64,000 bases of DNA from Candidatus Brocadiia bacterium (GTDB lineage Bacteria; Planctomycetota; Brocadiia; CAIUPP01), in the NCBI GenBank assembly GCA_050015075.1, contig JBEKCB010000005.1:1-64000 (forward strand), written 5' to 3'. How positions within the stretch are numbered: the first letter of the stretch is position 1; each line of letters begins with the position of its first letter. The notes under the pieces were generated by a model. That model made no database searches and was not told the origin of the DNA. It saw only the letters and a program-made list of their open reading frames with translations. The translations under genes were made by a program, and so were the position numbers. Positions 52,874-62,598 of the stretch are shown here, piece by piece.

Positions 52874-55800
52874 TCACATCCTCCGTTCGAGATCGCAGCG
52901 CAGGCATCGGCCGGCCTCGGCGCAGGCGCTGGCGGGCGAAAGGCCGCGAACGACTTCCTGGAAGTTGCGCCGCCGCTCACCGACCGGGAGCATCTCCTCC
53001 GCGACCCGCGGCGCGGTCGTCTCGAGTTCCTCCTCGGTCGGACGGCGGAGGCTATAGCTCACCTCGGGCGGCAGCGCGCCCTTCCCGCCGAGGCGCCGGT
53101 CAATCGCCATGGCGGCGCGCTGGCCGCTGGCAATCGCCTCGATCGCGCTCCCGCCGCCGCTGACCACGTCGCCGCCGGCGAACACGTCGGCGGCGGAAGT
53201 CTGCAAGGTGGCCATGTCGGCGAGGACGGTTTTCCCGGCGGTCAATTCGACTCCGACGGCCGGCTCGACCGACGCGACTTGGCCGATCGCGGGCAGGACC
53301 ATGTCGCACTCGATCGTGAATTCGCTGCCCTCGATCGGGACGGGCCGGCGGCGGCCGGTGGCATCCGCATCGCCCAGCCGCATGCGCAGCAACTCGATGC
53401 CGACCACCTTTCCGCTCTCGCCGAGGATCTGCTTCGGGGCGACGAGCACGTGCAGTTCCGCGCCCTCGTTCAGCGCCTCCTCGATCTCTTCCTCGTAGGC
53501 GGGCATCTCCTCGCGGGTGCGGCGATACAGGATGAGGACCTTCCTCGCGCCGAGCCGCAGCGCCGAGCGCGCCGCGTCTATCGCGGCATTGCCGCCGCCG
53601 ACCACGGCGACGACCTCGCCGCTTCTCGGCGTCCGGCCGAGCGCGCGGGCGCGGAGGAACTCCAGGCTGTCCTGAACGCCGTCGAACTCTTCGCCGGGGA
53701 TGCGCAGCATCGCCGCCTTCTGCGCGCCGGTGGCCAGGAAGATTGTCTTGAAGCCTTCCTTGCGCAGGTCGGCCAGGTCGCGGACCGGCGTGCCGGTGCG
53801 GAGCTCGACGCCGTGCCGAAGGATGAACTCGATGTCCTTCTCGAGGATCGTCTTGGGCAGCCGGTACTCCGGGATGCCCAGCGCCAGCATGCCGCCGGGG
53901 ATCGGCTGCGACTCGAAGACCACGGAGCGCCTTCCCATCAGCGCCAGGAAATAGGCGCAGCTCAGGCCGGCCGGGCCGGCGCCGACGATGGCGACCTGCG
54001 CTTTGCCCTTCGCCGGCGGCATGAGCGTGGCTTCGTATTTCTTCGCGTGGTCGGCGGCGAACCGCTTGAGCGCGCGGACGGCGAGCGGCTCATCGAGGTC
54101 CGCGCGGCGGCAGCGCCGTTCGCAGGGATGGTCGCAGACGCGCCCGCAGACCGAGACGAACGGGTTGCGGCGGCGGATGACGTTCACCGCGTCGTCGAGC
54201 CGGTCCTCGGCGACGAGCGCCAGGTACTCCGGCACGTTGACCGCCGCCGGGCACGCGTGCGCGCACGGCGCGGGCGCGAGCGCCTCGCACGCGGAGGCGC
54301 GGCAGTGCTTGAGCCGGATGTGCTCCTCGTACTCCTCGCGGAAATACCGGATCGTGGTGAGCACCGGGTTCGGCGCGGTCTGGCCCAGCCCGCACAGCGA
54401 GGATTGCTTGACGTCGAGCGCGAGCCGCTCGAGCGCCTGGATGTCGCCCTCGCGTCCTTCGCCCGCGCAGATGCGCTGGAGGATGTCCAGCATGTGCCGC
54501 GTGCCGACGCGGCACGGCACGCATTTGCCGCACGATTCGCTCTGCGTGAATTCCAGGAAGAACCGCGCGATGTCCACCATGCAGGTGTTCTCGTCCAGGA
54601 CGATCAGCCCGCCGGAGCCCATGATCGCGCCGATCTTCTTGACCGAGTCGTAGTCCAGCGCCAGGTCGAGGTATTGCGCCGGCACGCAGCCGCCCGACGG
54701 CCCGCCCATCTGCGCGGCCTTGAAGCGGCGGTTCTTCGGGATGCCGCCGCCGATGTCGAAGATGATCTGGCGCAGCGTCGCGCCCATCGGCACTTCGACC
54801 AGCCCTGTGTTGTTGACCTTGCCGGCCAGCGCGAAGATCTTCGTCCCCGTGCTGCCGGCCGTCCCGATGGCGCGATACCAGTCTTTGCCCTTCTGGAAGA
54901 TCAGCGGCACGTTCCCGAACGTCTCGACGTTGTTGATGCAGGTCGGCTTGCCGAGGTAGCCGCTCTGCACCGGGAACGGCGGCCGCGGCCGCGGCATGCC
55001 GCGGTGGCCCTCGAGCGAAGCGATCAGCGCGCTCTCTTCGCCGCAGACGAACGCGCCGGCGCCCATGCGCACCTCGATGTCGAACGAGAAACCGCTGCCG
55101 AGGATGTTCTCGCCCAGAAGGCCGCAGGCCCGCGCCTGCTCCAACGCGATGCCGACGTGCTCGACGGCGATCGGGTATTCGGCCCGGACGTAGACGAAGC
55201 CGTGCGACGCGCCGATGGCGTACGCGCCGATGAGCATGCCTTCGAGCACCGCGTGCGGATCGCCCTCGAGCAGCGCGCGGTCCATGAACGCGCCGGGGTC
55301 GCCCTCGTCGGCGTTGCAAATCAGGTACTTCTCCGTCCCGGCGGATTTGCGGGCGAGGTTCCACTTGATACCGGTGGGGAAACCGGCGCCGCCGCGCCCG
55401 CGCAGGCCGGACGCGGTGACCTCGTCAATGACCTGCTGCGGCTGCCGGCCGGTCAGCACCTTGGCGGCGGCGTCGTACGCGCCCCGCGCGATGGAGTCCT
55501 CGATGCGCCTCGGGTCCACGCGGCCGCAGTTCGCGAGCACTTCGCGCCGCTGGTTCTTGCTGAAGGGAATGTCGCCCATGGCCGGCGTGAGCTGCCCGTT
55601 CGAGCCGGCGCAGAGCCGCTCGACGGGCTTGCCCTGGCGGAGCGTCCGCTCGATGATCTCGTCCACGTCCTCCGGCCGCACGCCGCCGTAGAGAAAGTCC
55701 TGCGGCTCGACAAGGACCAGCGGCGCGCGCGCGCACTGGCCCAGGCATCCGACCTCGACGACGGCCACTTCCCGGTCGAGCCGGCCCGCGGCCAGCTTCT

Positions 55801-55951
55801 CCCGGAACGCGCGGCAAAGCTCCACCGCGCCCATGGCGCGGCAACCGGTCATGCAGATCAGCACGCGGGAGCGGAACTTCTTGTGCGCCTCGAGAGCCTT
55901 CTCGCGTACCGACGCGAGGTCCTGCAGCCCGCGGATTCGGGAATATGCCAT
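52874..55951 (-). CDS. NuoF/HydB-like FMN/NAD(H) subunit fused to a GltD/NfnB-like FAD/NADP(H) module
   Basis: 2Fe-2S (CMTGC...CLGQC), GLRGRGGAGFP, NADEGDPGAFMDR, GGPSGGC, SCGKCVPCR, SLCGLG; then PCAHACP...CGRVCDHPCERRC, GAGPAGL, GGGNAAID, YRRT, RCLRC. Confidence 0.92.
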   Translation of the reverse strand: MAYSRIRGLQDLASVREKALEAHKKFRSRVLICMTGCRAMGAVELCRAFREKLAAGRLDREVAVVEVGCLGQCARAPLVLVEPQDFLYGGVRPEDVDEIIERTLRQGKPVERLCAGSNGQLTPAMGDIPFSKNQRREVLANCGRVDPRRIEDSIARGAYDAAAKVLTGRQPQQVIDEVTASGLRGRGGAGFPTGIKWNLARKSAGTEKYLICNADEGDPGAFMDRALLEGDPHAVLEGMLIGAYAIGASHGFVYVRAEYPIAVEHVGIALEQARACGLLGENILGSGFSFDIEVRMGAGAFVCGEESALIASLEGHRGMPRPRPPFPVQSGYLGKPTCINNVETFGNVPLIFQKGKDWYRAIGTAGSTGTKIFALAGKVNNTGLVEVPMGATLRQIIFDIGGGIPKNRRFKAAQMGGPSGGCVPAQYLDLALDYDSVKKIGAIMGSGGLIVLDENTCMVDIARFFLEFTQSESCGKCVPCRVGTRHMLDILQRICAGEGREGDIQALERLALDVKQSSLCGLGQTAPNPVLTTIRYFREEYEEHIRLKHCRASACEALAPAPCAHACPAAVNVPEYLALVAEDRLDDAVNVIRRRNPFVSVCGRVCDHPCERRCRRADLDEPLAVRALKRFAADHAKKYEATLMPPAKGKAQVAIVGAGPAGLSCAYFLALMGRRSVVFESQPIPGGMLALGIPEYRLPKTILEKDIEFILRHGVELRTGTPVRDLADLRKEGFKTIFLATGAQKAAMLRIPGEEFDGVQDSLEFLRARALGRTPRSGEVVAVVGGGNAAIDAARSALRLGARKVLILYRRTREEMPAYEEEIEEALNEGAELHVLVAPKQILGESGKVVGIELLRMRLGDADATGRRRPVPIEGSEFTIECDMVLPAIGQVASVEPAVGVELTAGKTVLADMATLQTSAADVFAGGDVVSGGGSAIEAIASGQRAAMAIDRRLGGKGALPPEVSYSLRRPTEEELETTAPRVAEEMLPVGERRRNFQEVVRGLSPASACAEAGRCLRCDLERRM

Positions 55952-55962
55952 GCGCCTCACCT

Positions 55963-56442
55963 TCAGGGATACTGCTGGAGAATGGATTTCACGCGCGAGC
56001 CGGTCATGCGGCCGTAGTAATCGTTCCCCACCATCATGACCGGCGCCAGGAAACAGGTGCCGAGGCAGGCCACGGTCTCGAACGTGAACCGCATGTCCGG
56101 AGTGGTCTCGCCTTCCTCGACGCCCAGAAAACTCCGCGCCGCTTCGGCGACTTTCTTTCCGCCTTTGACGTGGCAGGCCGTGCCGCGGCAGCAGCGGACC
56201 GTGTGCCGGCCGCTCGGCGTGAGCCGGAATTGCGCGTAGAAAGTGGCGACGCCGTAAATCCGGCTCGCCGGCAGCCCCGCGCGCGCGGCGACTTCCAGGA
56301 TCACCTCGCGCGGCAGATAGCCGTACTGGTCCTGCAGGCGCTGCAACAGCGGGATGATGTCCTTCTCGCGGACCGGCGACATTTCGGCGAGGACCTTCAA
56401 CGCAGGCGCCATCGGTGCGGCGGCCGTCTCAGCAACGCTCAT
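55963..56442 (-). CDS. NuoE/HydC-like [2Fe-2S] subunit
   Basis: GGAGGAG then ATG 56442; IIPLLQRLQDQYGYLP, YGVATFYAQF, CRGTACHVKG, ACLGTCFLAP. Confidence 0.93.
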   Translation of the reverse strand: MSVAETAAAPMAPALKVLAEMSPVREKDIIPLLQRLQDQYGYLPREVILEVAARAGLPASRIYGVATFYAQFRLTPSGRHTVRCCRGTACHVKGGKKVAEAARSFLGVEEGETTPDMRFTFETVACLGTCFLAPVMMVGNDYYGRMTGSRVKSILQQYP

Positions 56443-56494
56443 GCTCTCCTCCGCGCACTCGGGGAACCGCCGACGCATTCTTCATTGTCCCCGA

Positions 56495-56522
56495 ATTATA
56501 GCACGGGAGAATGAAAAGTGAA
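56495..56522 (-). promoter_or_regulatory. Promoter of the fdh operon (extended -10)
   Basis: Minus strand TTCACT-N16-TATAAT with TGn extension (TGcTATAAT). Confidence 0.55.
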
Positions 56523-56537
56523 ACGCGCAAAATTAAA

Positions 56538-57659
56538 CTACGAGCGCCGCTGCGCGATCGGCGGCACCTTTAGGTCCACCGGGCCGACGTACTTCGCCAG
56601 CGGCCGGATCAGCCGGTTGTCCGCGTACTGCTCCAGGACGTGCGCCGTCCAGCCGACCGTGCGCGACGCCGCGAACACCGGCGTAAACAGGTCCGTCGGA
56701 ATCCCGAGCAAGTGATAGACGCTCGCGGAGTAGAAGTCCACGTTGCAGTGGATTTTCTTCTCCTCGAGCATCACATGCTCGACGACCTGCGAAATCTCGA
56801 ACCACTGGGGCTGGCCGAGCTTCTCGCCGAGCTCCTGCGACCAGCGCCGCAGGAACGTCGCGCGCGGGTCTTCGGTCTTGTACACGCGGTGGCCGAAGCC
56901 CATCACCTTCTGTTTCGCGGCGAGCAGCCGGCGCACGTGATCGGCCGCCTTGGCGGGCCGGCCGATCTCCTGGAGCATCAGCATCACCTTCTGGTTGGCG
57001 CCGCCATGGAGCGGGCCGCGCAGCGCGCCGATCGCGCCGGTGATCGCCGAGTAGATGTCCGAGAGCGTCGCGGCGATCACGCGCGCGGTGAAGGTCGAGG
57101 CGTTGAACTCGTGCTCCGCGTGCAGGATCAGGCAGCCGTCGAAGATGCGCGCCGCGCGCTCGTCCGGCCGCTTGCCGCTGAGCATGTAGAGGAAGTTGGC
57201 CGCGTGCGAAAGGCCCGGCTCTGGCTGCACCGGCCCGTGCCCGCGCCGCAGCCGGTGGATCGAAGCCACGATGCTCGCGATCTGCGCGGTCATCTCCTGC
57301 GCCATCTCCAGGTTCACCGCCAAGTCGCTGCTCTCCGCGCGCGGATCGGTCAACCCCATCGCCGAGACGCACGTGCGCAGGAGCGACATCGCCGGCGCTG
57401 ACGCGGGCAGGTCGCCGAGCAGGTGATGCATCGCGCCGGAAAGCGGCCGGTGCGCGGCGAGCTTCCGTTTCAGCGAGTCCAGCTCGGCGGCCGTCGGCAG
57501 CGCGCCCGTCCAGAGCAAGTGCGCGACCTCCTCGAACCCGCAATGCTCCACGAGGTCCGCGACATCGTAGCCGCGATAGACCAGCCGCCCCTTCACGCCG
57601 TCCAGCAGGCAGATCTTGGAATCCGACGCGATGACGTCCTGCAGTCCGCCTTCGGCCAT
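56538..57659 (-). CDS. Citrate synthase (short dimeric type; 2-methylcitrate synthase not excluded)
   Basis: GRLVYRGY, HAEHEFNASTF, GPLHGGAN, MGFGHRVYKTEDPR, NVDFYS. Confidence 0.93.
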   Translation of the reverse strand: MAEGGLQDVIASDSKICLLDGVKGRLVYRGYDVADLVEHCGFEEVAHLLWTGALPTAAELDSLKRKLAAHRPLSGAMHHLLGDLPASAPAMSLLRTCVSAMGLTDPRAESSDLAVNLEMAQEMTAQIASIVASIHRLRRGHGPVQPEPGLSHAANFLYMLSGKRPDERAARIFDGCLILHAEHEFNASTFTARVIAATLSDIYSAITGAIGALRGPLHGGANQKVMLMLQEIGRPAKAADHVRRLLAAKQKVMGFGHRVYKTEDPRATFLRRWSQELGEKLGQPQWFEISQVVEHVMLEEKKIHCNVDFYSASVYHLLGIPTDLFTPVFAASRTVGWTAHVLEQYADNRLIRPLAKYVGPVDLKVPPIAQRRS

Positions 57660-57688
57660 GGTGTTTCCCCTTCGATTTTGAAAATCTC

Positions 57689-57717
57689 TTGACCCTTACT
57701 CAAGTCTATCTTAGAAT
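57689..57717 (+). promoter_or_regulatory. Sigma70-type promoter of sucCD
   Basis: TTGACC-N17-TAGAAT in the divergent intergenic region. Confidence 0.6.
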
Positions 57718-57768
57718 CGGGAGCGACGCAAATTCGTTGCTTCGCTGGGAAAGGTCGGGGCGCGCGCG

Positions 57769-58935
57769 ATGAACATCCACGAATACCAGGCCAAGGCGCT
57801 GCTCGCTGCGCGGGGACTCGCCGTGCCCGCCGGCCGGCTCGCGGCGACGCCGGAACAGGCCGCGCAGGCCTTCGACGAACTGCGCCGCCCGCGCGCCGTC
57901 GTCAAGGCGCAAATCCACGCCGGCGGACGCGGCAAGGCCGGCGGCGTGCTCTTTGTCTCCAGCCGGGTCGAGGCCGAAGCCGCCGCGAAGAAACTCCTCG
58001 GCCACACGCTCGTGACCGCTCAGACCGGCCCGCGCGGCCGGCCGGTCAATCAAGTGCTCGTCCAGGAGCATCTCGACCTCGCGCGCGAGCTCTATCTCGG
58101 CCTCTCGCTCGACCGAAGCAGCGGCCGCCCGCAGGCCATCGTGTCGGCGCGCGGCGGGATGGACATCGAGGAACTCGCTCGGACCGAACCGAACGCCATC
58201 CTCTGCGAATACGGCGATCCGGACCACGGCCTCGCCCCGTTCCAGGCGCGTAACCTGTTCACGGGTCTCGGGTTACCGCACGAGCAGATGAAGCCGGCGA
58301 TGGAGCTCATCCTGGCGCTGGCGCGGACTTTCATCGAGTGCGACTGCTCGCTGATCGAGGTCAATCCGCTGGCGCTGTGCGCCGACGGGCGGCTGCTCAT
58401 CGCGGACTTGAAGATGGCCTTCGACGACAACGCGCTGCGGCGGCATCCCGACATCGCCGCGCTGCGCGACACGGCGCAGGAAGACCCGCGCGAGGTCGAG
58501 GCGGAGCAATACGATCTGAGTTACGTCGGCCTCGACGGGAATATCGGCTGCATGGTCAATGGCGCGGGGCTGGCGATGGCGACGATGGACCTCATCCGGC
58601 TGCAGGGCGGCGAGCCGGCGAATTTCCTCGACGTGGGCGGCGACGCGACCGTGGAAAAAGTGACCGCGGCGTTCCGGCTGATCGAGAAGGACGAGCACGT
58701 GAGCGCGATCCTCGTCAACATCTTCGGCGGGATCGTCCGCTGCGATTTAGTCGCGGACGGCATCGTCGTAGCGGTCGGCCAGGTCGGGCTGCGCGCGCCG
58801 CTCGTCGTCCGCCTCGAAGGCAACAACGCCGAAACCGGCCGCAAAGTTCTCGCCGGCTGCGGCCTGCGCATTACCTCCGCCGAGTCGCTCGAAGACGCCG
58901 CCGCAAAAGCGGTCGCGCTGGCGAAGACCGCATAG
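57769..58935 (+). CDS. sucC: Succinyl-CoA synthetase beta subunit
   Basis: [52 protein letters not shown]. Confidence 0.97.
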   Translation: MNIHEYQAKALLAARGLAVPAGRLAATPEQAAQAFDELRRPRAVVKAQIHAGGRGKAGGVLFVSSRVEAEAAAKKLLGHTLVTAQTGPRGRPVNQVLVQEHLDLARELYLGLSLDRSSGRPQAIVSARGGMDIEELARTEPNAILCEYGDPDHGLAPFQARNLFTGLGLPHEQMKPAMELILALARTFIECDCSLIEVNPLALCADGRLLIADLKMAFDDNALRRHPDIAALRDTAQEDPREVEAEQYDLSYVGLDGNIGCMVNGAGLAMATMDLIRLQGGEPANFLDVGGDATVEKVTAAFRLIEKDEHVSAILVNIFGGIVRCDLVADGIVVAVGQVGLRAPLVVRLEGNNAETGRKVLAGCGLRITSAESLEDAAAKAVALAKTA

Positions 58936-58950
58936 TTGAGAAAGGGCGCT

Positions 58951-59826
58951 ATGAGCATCCTGGTGGACAGCGCGACGCGCGTCGCCATTCAGGGCATCAC
59001 CGGCCACGCCGGCGCGTTCCATGCACGGCTCATGCTCGAGTACGGGACCAAGGTCGTCGCCGGCGTGACGCCCGGCAAAGGAGGGACGACCGCCGAAGGC
59101 GTGCCTGTCTTCGACACGCTGGCGGAAGCCGTGGCCCGCACGGGCGCGGACGCCTCGGTCATCTTCGTCCCGGCCGCCATCGCCGCCGACGCGATCGAGG
59201 AAGCGGCCGCCGAAGGCGTGAAGCTCATCGTCTGCATCACCGAAGGGATTCCCGCGCTCGACGTCGCCCGGGCGCGCGCCTACGTCCGCCAGCGCGGGGC
59301 GCGGCTGATCGGGCCGAACTGTCCGGGCCTGATCACGCCGGGCGAATGCAAGCTGGGCATCATGCCCGGCCCGATCCACCGGCCCGGCGGCGTCGGCGTA
59401 ATCTCGCGCAGCGGCACGCTCACCTACGAGGCGATCTGGCAACTGACGCAGATCGGCCTCGGCCAGTCCACCGCCGTGGGAATCGGCGGTGACCCGATCA
59501 CCGGCACGAGTTTCGTGGACGCACTCGAGCTTTTCGAGCGGGACGAGGCGACCCAGGCGGTCGTCCTGATCGGCGAGATCGGGGGCGCGGCAGAAGAGGA
59601 GGCAGCGGAATTCATCCGCGCGCACTTCAGCAAGCCGGTGGTCGCCTTCATCGCCGGCCGTTCCGCGCCGCCCGGCAAGCGCATGGGCCACGCCGGCGCC
59701 ATCGCCACGCGCTCTTCCGGGACCGCTGAGGAGAAAATCTCCGCGCTCCAGACCGCCGGAGTCCGAGTCGAACTCAATCCCGCCCGGATCGGACGGGCGA
59801 TGCAGGATTTCCTTGCGGGCCGGTGA
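58951..59826 (+). CDS. sucD: Succinyl-CoA synthetase alpha subunit
   Basis: [34 protein letters not shown], phospho-His motif RMGHAGA. Confidence 0.97.
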   Translation: MSILVDSATRVAIQGITGHAGAFHARLMLEYGTKVVAGVTPGKGGTTAEGVPVFDTLAEAVARTGADASVIFVPAAIAADAIEEAAAEGVKLIVCITEGIPALDVARARAYVRQRGARLIGPNCPGLITPGECKLGIMPGPIHRPGGVGVISRSGTLTYEAIWQLTQIGLGQSTAVGIGGDPITGTSFVDALELFERDEATQAVVLIGEIGGAAEEEAAEFIRAHFSKPVVAFIAGRSAPPGKRMGHAGAIATRSSGTAEEKISALQTAGVRVELNPARIGRAMQDFLAGR

Positions 59827-59846
59827 CCAACGAAACCAACCTGCGC

Positions 59847-60059
59847 CCTGCGCCTCCCGCAACGCCTCAACTGGCGCGCCGCTGACCTGTGCCTGACCTG
59901 AGACCAACCTGTGGCTGACTTGCGACCCAGCCAATCTGCGATTTGCGCGATTACCGGCTATCTTCCATTAGAGTATACTGCAACAGAATATAGCCATCCA
60001 GCCGGAGGCTCTCGACGGGAGAAACATCAGTACAAGACTGGGCGACGCTGGCGCGCGAC
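59847..60059 (+). repeat. Degenerate tandem duplicate of the padR upstream region and first codons (other copy from 60073)
   Basis: Shared blocks cctgcgcct, tttgcgcgatt, ggctat..agtatactgc..gaatatagc, gaggctct, gactgg. Confidence 0.75.
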
Positions 60060-60165
60060 CCACGAAGGCACGCCTGCGCCTGCTGCGACGCCGCGACTGA
60101 CGACCCTGCTACCTGCGACTGACTCTCGACTGACTTTTGACCTGGCTACTCTACGGTTTGCGCGA

Positions 60166-60210
60166 TTGACGGCTATATTCTGTCGCAGTATACTGCTGTG
60201 GAATATAGCA
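60166..60210 (+). promoter_or_regulatory. padR promoter overlapped by a 40-bp palindromic operator
   Basis: TTGACG-N17-TATACT (60166-60194) within gctatattc-tgtc-gcagtatactgc-tgtg-gaatatagc. Confidence 0.75.
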
Positions 60211-60244
60211 GTCCCACGCGAGGCTCTTGATGAGAGGAGGGGCG

Positions 60245-60574
60245 GTGCACGACTGGACAGTGCAAGTGCGCAAAGGCCTGATCGAGCTGTGGCTGATGGG
60301 GCATCTCGCTCAAGGGCAGAGCTACGGCTATCAGTTAGGACAACTGATGTTCGAAGAGGGCGGCCAGGGAGTCCGATGGGGAACGATCTACCGGGTCCTG
60401 GCGAGACTCCGACGCGCGGGTTGGGTGACCGTCCATAAGGGCTATTCACCGCTCGGACCGGGCCGGAACTACTACCGGCTCAGCCCGGCCGGCGAACGGC
60501 GGCTGAAGCAGATGACGCTTTCCTGGCGGAGCCTGGCGCGCGCAATCGACAAGGCGCTCAAGGCCGGCGGCTGA
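60245..60574 (+). CDS. PadR-family winged-helix transcriptional regulator
   Basis: GAGGAGG then GTG 60245; QVRKGLIEL, SYGYQL, GTIYRVLARL, RNYYRLSPAG. Confidence 0.9.
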   Translation: MHDWTVQVRKGLIELWLMGHLAQGQSYGYQLGQLMFEEGGQGVRWGTIYRVLARLRRAGWVTVHKGYSPLGPGRNYYRLSPAGERRLKQMTLSWRSLARAIDKALKAGG

Positions 60575-61014
60575 GCCGTCGCCTTCGCCCGTGGCGGCGG
60601 ACAACTCGCGCCGAAGTCAGGCGACGACGCATAGCAACGAACTTGCGACGCAGTCGGAAGTCTCACGCTTAATGCGCTATATCGCCATAAGATATAGCCG
60701 ATTGGGCCGGCGAGGAAGTTATTGTTCCGGCGTTCCAACGACAACGCTGAAAATGTCAAGGCTGCTAGGAAAGGTTCGCAGGGCGCGCAATCATGCCCGC
60801 TGAGTTTTCAGTTGCCCTTCTTTCCCTCTTTGTTCCAGCCGAAGCCTGACCGACCATATTAAAGAACGAACGCATTCTGCAGCAAACACGAGGCGATAAA
60901 GAATACCCGAGCTCTAATATACAATTCCCAAATGCGGGGCCTCCGCCCTGATTTGGATATTGTAAATTCGGATTTGGAAATTGTCGAACGCTCTTGAGGC
61001 GTCGAATGACGGCC

Positions 61015-62562
61015 TCACCCCATCTCGAACTTCGCTGCTTCCAGCGTGGCGCGGATGTGCTGGAGGAACTGGATGGCGGTCTCGCCGTCTATGATGCGGT
61101 GGTCGTAGGAGAGGCAGAGGTTCATCATGTAGCGGATGACGATTTTCCCTTCGCGCGCGACCGGGGTTTCCGCGATGCGGCAAACGGCCAGGATGGCGGC
61201 TTCGGGCGGGTTGATGATCGGGGTCGAGAAGACGGTGCCGAAAACGCCCGGGTTCGTGATGGTGAAGGTACCGCCGCGGACTTCGTCGGCGGCGAGCTTG
61301 CCGGTGCGCGCGTGCTCCGCAACATCGCGGAGCCGCTCGGTCAGTTGGCGCACGCTCAGGTCGTCCGCGTTTCGGATGACCGGCACGACGAGACCGCCCT
61401 CGACTGAGACCGCGACGCCGAGATGAACCCGCTTGTGAAGGATGAGTTTCTCGCCGCCCCACGACGCGTTGACTGCAGGCGACGCCTTGAGCGCGGCGAC
61501 GGTCGCGTTCATGATGAACGGCATGTAGCTGAGCTTGAGGCCGGCCTTCTCGTACGATTCGCGGTGTTCCTTCCGGAGTTCCGCCAGCGGCGTCATGTCG
61601 GCCTCGATGGCCGTGGTCACGCGCGGGATGGTCTGGCTGCTTTGGACGAGCCGCGCGGCGATCCGGCGGCGGATCGGGCTGAGCGCTACGATTTCGTCTT
61701 CTTCGCTGGCGGCAGCCACGGGCGGTTCGGCGGGCTTGGCCGCCGGAATCGTGCCGGGTTCCTCCGCCGGAGCTGCGGCGGATTCGGCAGTCGCGGGAGA
61801 TTCAGTCTCGGCGGCTTCCTCGGCGCCGGCGGGCTCGGTGCTCTCCCGAGCTGCGGCGGCCTCCGGCGCTTCGGCGCCAGCGGGCTCGGCGCTTGGCGTG
61901 CCTTTTCTGGCGTTCAGTACGTCCTCGCGCGTGATGCGTCCTCCTTCGCCGGTGCCCTGGATTTGCGAGGGATCCAGCCCGAACTCGCTGGCGATACGCC
62001 GGGCGAGCGGCGTCATCTGCGGGCGAGGCGCCTGCGGCGGACGCGGCGTCGGCTTGGACGCGGGTTCGGCCTGCTTGCCCGCCGGACTTGTGGCGGCTTT
62101 ACCCGGCGGTTGTGTGACGGCTTTGCCCGCTGGAGGTGTCGCGGGCTTCTCCGCAGCAGGTGCGGCGGGCTTGCCTGGTGGTACCGGCGCGGGCTTTTTC
62201 GCAGCAGGTGTGACAGGCTTGGCCGCGGGACTCGTGGCGGCTGCCTTTGGGGCTCGCGTGACGGCCGGCTCGATTTTCCGCGGGGCGGACGAAGCGCCCT
62301 CGACCGAGAGGGCGGCCGCCTCGCTGGTGCTTTCGATGACGGCGATGCCGGCGCCGACTTTGACGGTCTGGCCTTCCGGGACGACGATCTCGCTCAAGGT
62401 GCCCGACGACGGCGCGGGAATTTCCACGGTCGCCTTGTCGGTCTTCACCTCGACGAGCGCCTCGTCGCGGCGCACGGCGTCGCCGGCGCGCTTGAGCCAG
62501 CGGATGACCTCGCCCTCGGAGACCGATTCGCCCAGTTGCGGCATAACGACGTTGATCTTCAT
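61015..62562 (-). CDS. Dihydrolipoamide acyltransferase (E2) of a 2-oxoacid dehydrogenase complex
   Basis: MPQLGESVSEG, lipoyl Lys TDKATVE, binding domain TPLARR...GTGEGGRITRED, catalytic SYDHRIIDG; long Pro/Ala/Lys linker. Confidence 0.95.
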   Translation of the reverse strand: MKINVVMPQLGESVSEGEVIRWLKRAGDAVRRDEALVEVKTDKATVEIPAPSSGTLSEIVVPEGQTVKVGAGIAVIESTSEAAALSVEGASSAPRKIEPAVTRAPKAAATSPAAKPVTPAAKKPAPVPPGKPAAPAAEKPATPPAGKAVTQPPGKAATSPAGKQAEPASKPTPRPPQAPRPQMTPLARRIASEFGLDPSQIQGTGEGGRITREDVLNARKGTPSAEPAGAEAPEAAAARESTEPAGAEEAAETESPATAESAAAPAEEPGTIPAAKPAEPPVAAASEEDEIVALSPIRRRIAARLVQSSQTIPRVTTAIEADMTPLAELRKEHRESYEKAGLKLSYMPFIMNATVAALKASPAVNASWGGEKLILHKRVHLGVAVSVEGGLVVPVIRNADDLSVRQLTERLRDVAEHARTGKLAADEVRGGTFTITNPGVFGTVFSTPIINPPEAAILAVCRIAETPVAREGKIVIRYMMNLCLSYDHRIIDGETAIQFLQHIRATLEAAKFEMG

Positions 62563-62598
62563 GGTTCATCGCCCCACATTATGCAGACAGCGCCCAGT

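Noticed and set aside
50269-56017. 964-aa and 1154-aa plus-strand ORFs, and many similar long antisense or alternate-frame ORFs across the window
   Set aside because: Stop-poor shadow frames opposite well-supported genes; no motifs; expected at this GC content.
52874-56442. Respiratory complex I nuoEFG
   Set aside because: No membrane or other nuo genes are adjacent; the partner is a molybdopterin FDH with intact catalytic residues.
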